A DNA stretch of 64,000 nucleotides. Source: Chiloscyllium plagiosum. Taxonomy: Eukaryota. Of the stretch, positions 38,100 to 49,681 are shown in pieces. The notes below the pieces were generated by a model. It was not told the origin of the DNA. It ran no database searches and saw only the letters and a list, made by a program, of their open reading frames with translations. The stretch's first letter is position 1. Each line of letters opens with the position of its first letter. Location: the NCBI RefSeq assembly GCF_004010195.1, contig NC_057753.1, positions 15,013,345 through 15,077,344 on the forward strand, in the 5' to 3' direction. The translations under genes were made by a program, and so were the position numbers.

Positions 38100-38414
38100 A
38101 GTCGGTGAAGCTGAGATTTGAGAATGGCAACAGTCCTTGCGCCGGCAGAGTGGGAATTCATTACAAAGGACTGTGGGGGACTATGTATGATACTAACTGG
38201 GACCTGTTGGATGCTACTGTTGTATGTCGGGAGCTGGACTGTGGGACTGCAGTCGCTGCCCCACGTTTTTCTCATTTTGGACCAGGATCTGGACCCATTA
38301 TGACTGGAAATGTTCACTGCAGTGGGACTGAACGCGCTCTGCGTGACTGTCCGTCTGAAACATGGCGTCACTACAAAAAACCACACTCTAGTGATGCTAG
38401 TGTCATCTGTTCAG
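38100..38414 (+). CDS. Gene B SRCR1 (6 Cys, lacks C2/C7)
   Basis: tttttcag|AG...TCAG|gtagaa, 315 nt; LRFENGNSPCAGRVGIHYKGLWGTMYDTNWD...DASVICS. Confidence 0.93.
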
Positions 38415-38799
38415 GTAGAAATCTGCTGCCCTTTCTCCTAGTTGCATCACAACTAAGTACTGCGTGAAACTAGAAAGAGATATGATAACAGAACGACAAC
38501 TGTCCAATACTTATTAATATCAATTTATTCCGTGTCATTGTGTAACGTGTTGAATATTTGAATGTCATGGGAGACGTGAATACCTGTTATTGTTTGCACT
38601 CCAGTGAATGGGCAGAACACGTGTCCATTGCGATGGCATTTGAAGCCAAATTGAGAGAGCTGAACCACTGAAATGATCACACATACAACCTAATGTATTA
38701 TGAAATTCGACATTGCGTTGACTGACAAAAATCACTGCATAACGTATCTTCAGGCGGAATGCCGCTTTCTGTATGACCAGCTGAGGGTCATCAGTCTGG

Positions 38800-39040
38800 G
38801 GACGATTTCACATAGAGGGTGGTGCGTGTATGGAATGATCTGCCAGTGGAAGTGATGGAAACTGGAACAATTATAATATTTAAAAGGCATCTGAATGGGC
38901 ATGTGAATACTAAGGGTTTAATTGGATATGGGCCAATTGCTGGCAAATGGGGCTAGATTAGTTTAGGATATGTAGTCGGCATGGATCTTTTGGACTAAAG
39001 GGTCTGTTTCCATGCTGTACCTTACTATGACTTGATGACT
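38800..39040 (+). mobile_element. CR1/HER1 3' end
   Basis: AGAGGGTGGTGCGTGTATGGAATG..TTTAAAAGGCATCTG..AAAGGGTCTGTTTCC. Confidence 0.85.
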
Positions 39041-39181
39041 CCACGTCGACGGTGCACCAGACCCACAGAAGTAAGGGAATGTTTCACACACGAATCTTTC
39101 AGTATTCAGATGATATTCATCAGTCAATAATGTCGATTATTGCTATTTTAATTTGTAACGATGCAGTGATTTTCTTTTCAG

Positions 39182-39490
39182 AGCAAGTCATGTTAGTACC
39201 TGAAAACTCCAAGTGCTTTGGCAGACTGGAGGTTCAGTTCGGAGACACCTGGAAAACAGTGTGTGGTCTTGACTGGGATTTAAAAAACTCTAACGTGGTC
39301 TGTGCACAGCTTCATTGTGGAGTGGCCGTGTCTGTTTCAAGCTCTGCTCACTCTAGAAACAGTACTGTGCTTGCAGGTACTAAGGTCTTTAAGTGTACGG
39401 GCAGTGAGACTCAACTAGGGAGGTGCCTTCGGTCTTCAGACACTCACCATGATTGCAGTGAACATAACAATGTCACTCTGACATGTTCCG
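39182..39490 (+). CDS. Gene B SRCR2
   Basis: cttttcag|AG...TCCG|gtgagt, 309 nt; CFGRLEVQFGDTWKTVCGLDWD...CSEHNNVTLTCS. Confidence 0.93.
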
Positions 39491-41264
39491 GTGAGTATAG
39501 ACTTAATGGAGAAAGAAATATCAATTTCACTTTAGTGTTTATGAAAGTGATGGCTCTGGTATTTGTGGCATTGCTCTAACAGTATCAAATTTAAACCAAT
39601 CTTTGCAATTTATAACGTAGTCATGCACTACGTGGACCATATGCACGCAATTAGTGAAAGCTAACATGTTTCAAAGTGTTTCTGTTTGTATTGGAAAATA
39701 GATTTATTCATGTTTGTAAACTGTCTGCACTCAACACCTTTTATTGTCTAGAATTTCTAAAAGGCGACCATTACGATAACGGCAACCATGAGTTAATATT
39801 GATACATTGCAGTGAATATCGGACAATTAACTAAGCCAAGCCAACGGTTTTTTTTTTTCATTTTTATCTTTTTGTACACCGATCATATTTTTAAACAACA
39901 TTTCCAAACTGTTTGGAATTATTGAACATCACTCTTTCCAACAAATTTTTTCAAGCAAGACTTCGTAGCTCACAATAACTTATTGTCTGACCTGTATCAT
40001 CATGTTTGTTGTTCCACGATCGCTTTCTGATTCTAATATGGCGTCTAAAGGAGATTCTCTTCGTTTCCTGGCCATTCACGTTGGATTGAATTTACACTAC
40101 TCTAATATCACTGTGCATTTTACATTAGTGCTCATATTATCAGTTGTCCGATTTAGTATCATTCCAAGGCATGCCACACCTCTTGCCCTAAACCTTAGCA
40201 TTTTTGCCCAGTACAGTACTCTTCTAACAATCAGTTAGTGTTCAAGCAAGTCATATTCTTTTACACCACTATCTGCACGTATTCTATTGTTCAAAGCCAA
40301 TAGTCGTTGGCCCAGTAGAAACGTGTCGAAGGCAGAAGCATACTCGTATTTCTATTCGAGTATCGCTCGTCTGCACCTCCTCAAGTACCATGACACCCTC
40401 TGTGAATTATGTGATGCACCTAATCAGACACAGCGCTTTGCTATCGGTCTGAGGACAACTGGATAACAACTGTCATAACGTCTCTGCCTCTGCACTAATG
40501 AACTCTATTTATAAATTTAAGCTTAAGTTATATTGGTGAGTACTCTGCTAAGTATTCTGTCACCTTCAACGAGCTCAACTCTTGAATACCGAAGCCCTTC
40601 TGTCTCAGCACTCTTGTTCAAAAGGTGAACCCAGTGAATATGGATAACGTCTGCCATTCTAGTCATAATGTACTGCAGAATCCCTGACGGGCATTGGTTA
40701 ACTCCATTGGCTGTACGGCTGCGTTGTTCTACAAGGTGATGCCACCATCGTTGGTTAATTACCCTGCAGCCTCAAGTTGCCTTGAATGCCCTACTCCTTT
40801 AAGCTCACCTTTCGACTGACTAGTGTTGACCAACGTGTTAAATTACTATCAGTCTTCTTTCTATAATGAGAGTGCAGCCATATGATCATCCGGAATGTAG
40901 TGACCTCGCCTTCCCTGCATCATCCCCAGAGCCAATTAACTGTGCAAGTATTCATGGCCAAATGCAGCACAGATGCTACTGAACCATAGAGTGTTACAAA
41001 TGCATCTATACATCCTCATTACTTACATTCTCCAGGACGCCGCATAATACATTGTAAACACTATTTTGGGAAGATTCTTTCGTTGTGAGTGTTCCAACAG
41101 GTTCATGAAGTAAAAGCAAGTGTTTTGAAGAAATTATATCTGTAATGACTGGATATTGAACAGCAATGTTTAATAAACTATTCATTTTGCCTTTTGCATC
41201 TTGCACCAATACCTGCAACAAAGGAGATTTGCAAACATTTGTTTCGTAATTTACTCAAACACAG

Positions 41265-41579
41265 GAAACCATGGACCCCGATTGGTTGGTGGGGTGAACA
41301 GATGCTCTGGGCGAGTGGAGGTCCTGCATGGAGAGCAGTGGGGATCTCTGTGTGGCATTTACTTTGATTCACAAGTCGCCAGTGTGGTCTGTGAGCACCT
41401 TCAGTGCGGGTCTGTAAAGTCGGTACCCAGAGATGATCGATTTGGGAGGGGAGCCGGACAAACGTGGAAGGAAAAGTACAAATGTCGTGGAAACGAGAGA
41501 CGATTGTGGGACTGTGCAGTTTCACGCAGTGGACGTTTTAACTGTTCCCACGGAAACGTGGCCAATGTCATCTGCTCGG
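41265..41579 (+). CDS. Gene B SRCR3
   Basis: aacacag|GA...TCGG|gtgtgt, 315 nt (alternative in-phase donor after 41588, gtaggt); PRLVGGVNRCSGRVEVLHGEQWGSLC...CSHGNVANVICS. Confidence 0.93.
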
Positions 41580-42194
41580 GTGTGTCCGGTAGGTCTGGCA
41601 GATGTCATTCCAGAAGGGAAATAATTGACCAGATGAGTTATTAGTAGAATTGCTGTTGGTTTCAGTGTCACCGTTATTCAGTCGAAATTTCAGTTCGAGG
41701 TTATTCACTGAGTTTGAACTCCACCAGCTGCCATTCTGGAATGGAGGACAGTGACATTCTTTCTGCACCATCACATTCTGTCGTTTTATTAATCAAGGTG
41801 CCATGCTTGATTTAACACAACGGTGTTCTGAGATCTGAAAGCTGACTTTTCCAAAGTTAATTTGTGTTAGATCCGGTTTGTTTCCACGTTTGTGAACATT
41901 TCATGAACAACATCAGAGATGAAAATTAATTATTTTCATCTCTGCATGTATCTGATTCATTCTTCAAACGTCAAATCTCTCTGTCTTCAACGATATTTCC
42001 AGACTCACTGGGTTCTGCGAGAACATTCTGTTAGTGCTTCTGAGGCGGTGAGTGAATCCTTATTGGCATTAAATCCTCGGATACATTGGGTGCATGTTGG
42101 AGGTAGTTTGCAACGTTAGAACAGAGATGAAAAACAAAGAAATTGAGAGCATTGTTTGCTATTCTGACAGATGTTTCCTGTGATTAAAAAAAAG

Positions 42195-43500
42195 AGACAG
42201 TGAGGACTGCAGATGCTGGTGAGTCAGAGTCGAAAAGTGTCATGGTAGACAAGCACAGCAAGTCAAACAATATTCCAGAAGCAGGAGAGTTAGGTTTCTG
42301 GCATAAGCCCTTCATCAGAAATGTGGAGGGTGAAGGGACATGACAAGTAAATAGTCAGTTGGGATTGTGGCTGGTGGAAGGTAGGTTGGAAGGCGGTAGG
42401 TGGATGCGGGTGGGAGGTTCGTGGTGAGGGTGGAACAGATCATTGGGAAGGAAGATGCACAGATGAAGTGGGCAGTGCCAAGTTGAACGGTTGGTGGAGG
42501 GAAGTTGTGGAAATAATTGAAGTCGCAGTTGATGCAGTGTGGTTCTAGGATCTTGAGGCAGAAGAGGAGACATTCCCCTTCCAATTACCAGGTGGCTTTG
42601 ATTTGGCTGTGAAGGGGACTCAGAACTGCATGCCCTCGGGAGATTGAAAGGATGAATAAAAATGTTTGGCTACAGCACGGTGGAGTTGCTTGGTGTGTGA
42701 GTCCCAGAGTTGTACCCTGAACTGCTCTATGATTTGGGGTTCTGTCTTCCTCATACATAGGAGACCACAACAGATGAAGTTCTTACACCTCTTGGGTGAC
42801 AAGTAGCCATACCTCTCCGCTCACCTCCAACCAAGAACCTAAAGGATAATTGCAAATACAGCAGGGACTTTCCTGCACACCTGTTCAGCTCATCGACTGT
42901 GTCCATTGCTCTTGATGTGGTCTCCTCTATACTGGGGAGACAGAAAGTCAATTCACAAAGTGGTTCAGGAATCATCACTGTGATACACACATCAAAGAAT
43001 CCCACCGCCTTGTGGCCGAGCCACTTTTAATTCACCTCCCATTCCGTCAGGTACATGCAAGTCATAGGTCTCCTCCACTGCTAAATCAATGTAGCACGCC
43101 AGTTGGAGGAAGAACGCCTCATATTCCACCTTGAGACCCTACAATCACACGGCATCTACATCAACTTCACCAATTTCCAAACCTCCCCTCTCCCCCTCAT
43201 CTCAGATCCAACTCTACAACCTGACACTTCTGCCTTGACTTGTGTTACGTTCCACTTTTCCTTCCTACCTACTTGCCCCTCCCTCCACACCGACCTATTA
43301 CAATTAATTTCCACCTGCACTCAACTGTCGTCTTCCCAGCTATCTGCTCCCCCAACCGCACCCAACCCCAAACTTATATGGCAGCCCCCTTTACCCGTGC
43401 ACATTCCTGATGAATGGCTCATGTCAGAAACGTCGACTCTGGTGGTCCTCGCATGCTGTCTGACCTGCTTTGCTTTTCCAACACTACTTTTCAACTGTGG
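42195..43500. mobile_element. Penelope-like element remnants in inverted arrangement (minus 42195-~42740, plus ~42800-43500)
   Basis: GIY-YIG-like remnant (CVHCS*CGLLYTGETE) at about 42895-42945; LEEERLIFHLETLQSHGIYINF C-terminus; terminal repeats present in both orientations. Confidence 0.75.
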
Positions 43501-43829
43501 TAAAATTCATCTAATTGAACATGGCGGATTGGGAATCTGCAAGAAGCAAATAGATTTCCTGCTTCTGAGTTTCGAACTATCACTTGCAAATAGCCATTGT
43601 GGGCTCTACACAGACCATTTCATTTCCTCATTGTTCAAGATTAACAGGCTTTATTGATCCACATCTTTCCCAAATGGTTGGAAACGAAAAGTGATGACAA
43701 AAATGAAACTTGCTGAAAAACTGTTGGATAATCCATTTCTAATGCGTATTAAAGCTCATAAATTTTGCTTAGAGTGTCGAATTTCTCTCTTCAGTTTAAT
43801 CGTTGTTCTCAATAAATATCGTGTTGCAG

Positions 43830-44147
43830 ACGAGAATTCGTCACCAAGACTAGTTAATGGTGGAAGCAGATGCGATGGCCGAGTTGAGGTCTACTACAAT
43901 GGAAGCTGGGGCCGAGTGCAAGACACCCTGTGGGACTTGAATAATGCTCACGTTGTCTGCAGACAGCTGGGTTGCGGTTATGCCTTCGAAACGTATAACA
44001 CGTCGAAGTATGAGGCGAGTGCTCAATGTGGGAGGGTGTACGGTGTCCAGTGTCACGGGCAGGAACCGCAGCTCCAGGACTGCAGAATCTCCAGCTCACT
44101 GAATACATCGGTCTGTGACAGCAGTGATGTTGGTGTCCTCTGTTCAG
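43830..44147 (+). CDS. Gene B SRCR4
   Basis: gttgcag|AC...TCAG|gtgagt, 318 nt; paralog of 142-459. Confidence 0.94.
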
Positions 44148-44949
44148 GTGAGTAGACATTTCACAGCAAAAACTGCTGGCAAATATAAAACTATCTGTTG
44201 TGTGGAATACTTGTTCTTGATGGTCACTCGGAACTATTATTTAACACTGCGGTGAAAGCAGATGTGGGCCAGTTGGATGGGTGTAAGCAAGTGAGATTTT
44301 TTGCAATACGAAAGCTATAAGGATTTCATGATCCCAAAAGTAAAACTGACACAGATACATAAGGAATAAGGAATTCACTACGCTGAATACAAGCTCGCTG
44401 AACCCAAATGTTGGAAATTCAAGGCAACGATGGACATGTGACTATTTTCCATCACACCCATATCCATCTTGATATCATTATCTCCTACCCTGCAAACAAT
44501 CGAAAGTTGAATATACTACCAAAACCTAGAGTTTTACATTTGACGTGAATGTCAGTTTCGTGTCACGCAATCTCTAAGGTCCACTATTTGCACCATCCTA
44601 TCATTTGCAATCTTACCCTTAATTCAACTGATAGACAGCTGAGACACCAATCCATTGTCCTCCCACTGCCTTCCCTCATGCTACCATCTGACAACTTGAG
44701 GTCATTCATAGCTCTTCTCTCCATGACCTATCTGCGTCTATGTCCGATTGCTCATCTGCTATGTACACACGGCCCTACATTTCCTCCCAGTTAACATATC
44801 TAAAAACAAATCCGACCACTGTTGTCAAATATGTCCCACTTCATGTGTCTATTATTAAATTCCTGAGATACGTTTAAGGTTACAGATGGAGCTAGTAATA
44901 CGATTTCCCAAGACCACAGCTTTGAGGTTTTTCTCTGAAATCTCCAATC

Positions 44950-45215
44950 CACTGAATTGTCTGGTGCTGTCCAACGATATGCAGGTTATGGTGCATTGGT
45001 CCTGTTAAATTGCCATGTACAGGTTAGAGTGATTGGCTGTGCTAAGTTACCCAGAGTGGCCAGGTGTGTGCAGGTCTGGGTGGATTGGCCGTGCTAAATT
45101 ACCCATAGTGCCGAGGGATGTGCAGGTTCGGGTGGATTGGCCATGCTAAATTACCCATAGTGCCCAGGGATGTGCAGGTTCGGGTGGATTGGCCGTGCTA
45201 AATTGTCACGTAGTC
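44950..45215 (+). repeat. 52-bp minisatellite derived from the HE1/V-SINE internal region
   Basis: GTGCAGGTTCGGGTGGATTGGCCATGCTAAATTACCCATAGTGCCCAGGGAT units start at 45068, 45120 and 45172, plus 2 degenerate upstream units. Confidence 0.85.
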
Positions 45216-45689
45216 TCGCCTTGTTTCATCCAGAACAGCCAACACTTGGCGATGTTTTGGACAAGTCAGTGGGATTGCTGTTGATCTGTACCACGTGAAG
45301 ACTGGAGTGGTGTCGCCCCTGTTTATGTTTTGAAATGTATTATTCTGCTGTACGTCTCAGTTATAAATGTAGAGTTAATGGAAATATGAGACAGGCTTTT
45401 AATCGGACGTAGCCAATGTTATGGTTGCAGTAAAATGACAGTCAATGGGCCAAGACGTGTATTCAGATATTCATAGTAATTATCTTTTGTAACATTTCAT
45501 TTCTTCGCATTCTTGCTAAAATTAGTCATTTAACTTATCAATGCTGTCAGGTGTTCTGTTTCATTATTTTATTCACATCTCAAAAGACAATGTATAACTC
45601 TTTCTGACCTAAATCTATACGTGATGTGGGACTGAATGAAGAGGGGAGGGACAATTGAAGGTATAATCGTCTGTGTTTTTGTTTGACAG

Positions 45690-46007
45690 AACACATGCAG
45701 TTAAGGCTGACAGATGGAGGAACCCGTTGCGCTGGTCGATTGGAAATTTACTACAAAGGGACATGGGGCTCAGTGTGTGATGACTCCTGGGATGTGATAG
45801 ACGCTGAAGTAGTTTGTCAGCAACTGGGTTGTGGAAATGCGCTGAATATGACATCTCATTTCTCCTTCGGACCGGGCTCAGGTCCCGTTTGGTTGAAAGA
45901 TGTGAAGTGTTCTGGAAATGAATCATTTCTCTGGGAATGTCCGTCAGCACCATTGGGTCACCAAGACGATTGTTCTCATAAGGAGGACGTGAGAATTATA
46001 TGCTCAG
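45690..46007 (+). CDS. Gene B SRCR5 (canonical 8 Cys)
   Basis: ttgacag|AA...TCAG|gtgagg, 318 nt; paralog of 3712-4029. Confidence 0.95.
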
Positions 46008-47005
46008 GTGAGGACACTCTCAGTGTTGCTCTTCTCCTACAATGCTATGTTTGAGGATTCATACGAACGTTTGTATAGTGAACTGGGGAGTATGTAGAGC
46101 AGAAGCAGAAATGGAACACATGGGTCGATGTCGTGCTTATGTTGCGTAGAGCAATCCGAGATATTATTTTGTCTGTAATAAATAGTATTTCCATGAAAAC
46201 ACATCAATATCTGAAAAATGCCAAGCTAATGGTCAAACACGTCATTGATGGTCCATTGTCACAGCTTTGGTTAAAGTAAATATTCTGCAAAATGTTTTGC
46301 TTTTAACAAACTCTAATTTATTATCTCTACATTTGGATCCAACGACGAGAAATGTGATTCTTGTCAGTATATTGCTCGATCACGTCGGGAATCTGTAACA
46401 GTTTGATGCTTAGTTTCTAATGACCATATAATCTCAATACACTTTCTGCCAGATTTCCCCACCTTAAACGTAACTTAATTAAAATTGTACCACCCATTGG
46501 GCACCAATGTTGTCCTGTGAAAACGATGTACTTACTCGACGTCTGAGCTATTTTTTCTGTACTGCAAGTCCTTAACTTTTTGTCAATCAGAATGCTTGCT
46601 CATGCCTCGGGGTAACCAAATTAAAATCGTTGCTCGCAATTTCAAACTGCTATTACATCATTACGAGTTCGAGTGGATGAACACTTCCACTTTTCTGCAT
46701 ATCTGATATTCTCTTTTGGACTCTGACTTTCTGTTTGCCGTCAGTTTTTCTCTACTCTTTTTCTTGCTCAATAACTTCACGATGCTATTCGGATCTTGTT
46801 GAAAGTTTGCTTAAACTCCATGCACGATGCAGATTTTCTCTTCCTTCTGCTTGCTATTTCAGTAACGGCTTCCCATAGTTTTATAAGATAAATTGTAAAT
46901 CGTACTCATCCCTGACACTTGTGTTGCACATTAGAGGATTGTCACAGTTATGTATCGAAGACATAACCAATGTCTCAATCTGGATATCTGTTATTCTATG
47001 AACAG

Positions 47006-47323
47006 AGCACAAGGAGATGCGGCTGGTGAATGGAAAACATCGCTGTGAAGGGAGAGTGGAGGTGTTCTACAATGGGACTTGGGGAACAGTATGTTCAGAA
47101 AATCTGTATGGACAAAGTGTTGAAGTGATATGTAAGCACTTCGACTGTGGTGACCTTCTGTTCATTGATTATGACAGTCAATCATTCGGAGCAGGAAAAG
47201 GACCTACGTGGCTCGATGGGATGGAGTGTCTGTCACACAAAACGGCCGTGCAGCAATGTCAGACGGATCCCTGGGGTCAATGCAGTTCTCAAAACTGGGC
47301 AAATCTAGGCGTCATTTGTTCAG
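47006..47323 (+). CDS. Gene B SRCR6
   Basis: gaacag|AG...TCAG|gtaaca, 318 nt; paralog of 5095-5412. Confidence 0.94.
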
Positions 47324-47404
47324 GTAACACGACAAATCTCAATATTTGGGTGTCATTTCAAACACTGATTTCCAATAGAGTCAGCACGTTTCTCTTCTTG
47401 ACAG

Positions 47405-47461
47405 AGCGTAATGTGAAGAAGGAGCAGCCCCTCAATTCAAACCCTTGCCCTCAACAGTCAG
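47405..47461 (+). CDS. Gene B linker exon (ERNVKKEQPLNSNPCPQQS)
   Basis: cttgacag|AG...TCAG|gtgcgt, 57 nt. Confidence 0.8.
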
Positions 47462-47547
47462 GTGCGTCCTCTTAATGAGTTTGTCAAATCTCGGAATGAT
47501 GTGCCTGCTTTGCACTTTTTTCAATATTTGTCACTTTTACACTACAG

Positions 47548-47865
47548 ATTCGCAACTCACTGTGCGCCTGGACGGAGGAGGCAGCAACTGTTCCGGGAAA
47601 GTGGAGATGATGTGCAATAAACGCTGGGGCACGTTTTGCGGTGATTCTTGGGATATAACTGATGCCAATGTTGTCTGTAGACAGCTGGGATGTGGCTTCG
47701 CTCTACTGGCCCGAGGAGGGCCCGCTATCTCCCAGGGTAAAGGTGTTATTTGGCAGAATGGTGTGAAGTGCAAGGGAAGTGAATCCTTCCTTTCCGACTG
47801 TCTCTCCACAGCACGAGGGCAAAGCACATGTAATCACAAGGAAGTTGCCAGTGTTTTCTGCTCTG
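47548..47865 (+). CDS. Gene B SRCR7, membrane-proximal (9 Cys)
   Basis: actacag|AT...TCTG|gtaagt, 318 nt; paralog of 5634-5951. Confidence 0.94.
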
Positions 47866-47984
47866 GTAAGTACGATGTTGACTGGTGCCGACCAGTGGTC
47901 ATTCATGCTGCAAATTAGTATCATCATTTAGACTTACTAAATTAAGTTTCACGTTCATGAATATTTGTAAACTTTCTTTAACAG

Positions 47985-48026
47985 AATCCGAGTTGTTGGC
48001 GACTTTCCCTTCACCTCCACCAGCTG
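47985..48026 (+). CDS. Gene B stalk exon (ESELLATFPSPPPA)
   Basis: ttaacag|AA...GCTG|gtattt, 42 nt. Confidence 0.8.
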
Positions 48027-48210
48027 GTATTTATGACTGATACTATTAGTAATATTTGTGTTAGTGTCACACTTCTGACTAGTGAAATTGTTCCTGTTGT
48101 TTTTTTCACGATTTTGAAGCTTATATCAGTATTGTCTTATTCTCGAATTCTTTATAATTATACACGCAGCTCGTATCTACGCTGAATTTCTCTGAAATCT
48201 CTCCTTTAAG

Positions 48211-48327
48211 GACAGGAAAAACAATCAATTTCCGTATCTGGCGTCGCCTGCCTAACCTTGGGAATCCTGTTAGTCTGTGAATTGATCGCACTGCTGGTGA
48301 TAATGCAGAAAAAAATACAAATGAAAG
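48211..48327 (+). CDS. Gene B transmembrane exon (GQEKQSISVSGVACLTLGILLVCELIALLVIMQKKIQMK)
   Basis: ctcctttaag|GA...AAAG|gtgagc, 117 nt. Confidence 0.88.
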
Positions 48328-49603
48328 GTGAGCCTCACGCCTACCGACTGAGATAACGCTGATGAAGTTTTATTGTTCCATATGATGTGGGGTTGGACGT
48401 TGTTATTGCCCTTGTCCAACTCTTGGCCTCGATGGCGACTTTGGGAGGCCTTCTCTGGCTATTTGCTTTCTTCAAGAGTCTTTACCCTTTGAAAAGTCAG
48501 ATTTAAAAAGGCAATAAAAATAAAATACTTCAACAATGTATATAAGAGTTAAAATACGATATAAATTCCATCAAATATTTATTAAGTTTCTGAACATCAA
48601 TACAAAGCAATGGAATTGAACGTTAGCGTGGAGTTACCCCAAATCATTATCAATGAGAAATAAATGTGAAGAGTGAATCACTCTTGTCTTTCAGTTTACA
48701 TGTACATGATACTCCAGAACAAGTTACCGATAGTTGCATTGTGTCTTGAAGTTGCATTGAGACGTTTGCCCAGTGTACTAGTTATTTAATCATCAGTTAG
48801 TTTTAGGGTTCATCACTTCATGAGCGCTGTATCAGAACCCAAGGTCAGTGTAAACATTAAGTGTATCTTTATAGGTTATTCAGTCATCCAACAACTGGGT
48901 GCCCGTGAGTGATGAGATGAAACCTGTTCATTTTTTTCAGTAGATTCAAAGCATTTACCTGAGAGTAATTTTCCAGTTGATGGCCAGAACAATTCACACG
49001 ACTAACAAAATACATTAGTTCGCATATTTTTGTATGCTTTCTTAATTCTAGTTTACACGAGCAAACCGAATTTACACTTAGTTTGTATTAACCAAAGTTA
49101 ATACAGTTGACCTTATTTCACTCTCACATATTTTTGTGTCCAATTAATTACAATAACTATACACGTGTCTGATTACAGCATCTACGTTCTAACAAAAGTA
49201 CCATTATCTAATCATGGTCCTTTTGTTTTTGTTAAGTTTATCTGGGTCATGGTCAACCACATTTTTTTTGAAATTCGTCTATAAATTATCAACGTGTTCT
49301 CCATGTTCATTAAATTGGGAAATTTTAAGTTCTGCAGTCAGTGTTTTTGCTTCACATGCAAGATTGCGAGCTGAGAACTGTCTTGAATAAACTTTGTAAA
49401 ATGCGAACAGAACTGGCCATGCACATTCCAACATGCAGCATTTTCCTCTGGATATTCAAAACAATGAGTATCAGTCGTCAGTCCATGTTGTGCCAAGATT
49501 CTCTTCTCTAGGTCTGCATTAACTCCAATTGCTTCTCACATATGTAGCTTCTCTGGTGCGTGTTCAGGGACAAATACTGACATGTCTATCCTTCCTTCAG
49601 CAG

Positions 49604-49681
49604 ACCTTCACACTGGTGCTGGAGGCTCAAATGTTGGATTATACCAAGTAATTTATGAAGAAATTGATAATACTCCACCTG
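49604..49681 (+). CDS. Gene B cytoplasmic exon 1 (DLHTGAGGSNVGLYQVIYEEIDNTPP)
   Basis: cttcagcag|AC (NAGNAG acceptor)...CCTG|gtaaga, 78 nt; the donor position used in gene A is AT here. Confidence 0.75.

Noticed and set aside
40340..40365. Hairpin ATACTCG-N10-CGAGTAT
   Set aside because: A 7-bp stem inside decayed CR1 sequence is expected by chance
43103..43657. Longest ORF in the track (184 aa)
   Set aside because: Starts in the C-terminus of a Penelope-like ORF and runs through its terminal repeat; not a host gene
45068..45215. Regularly spaced repeats resembling a CRISPR array
   Set aside because: No unique spacers, derived from the V-SINE body, eukaryotic context, no cas genes
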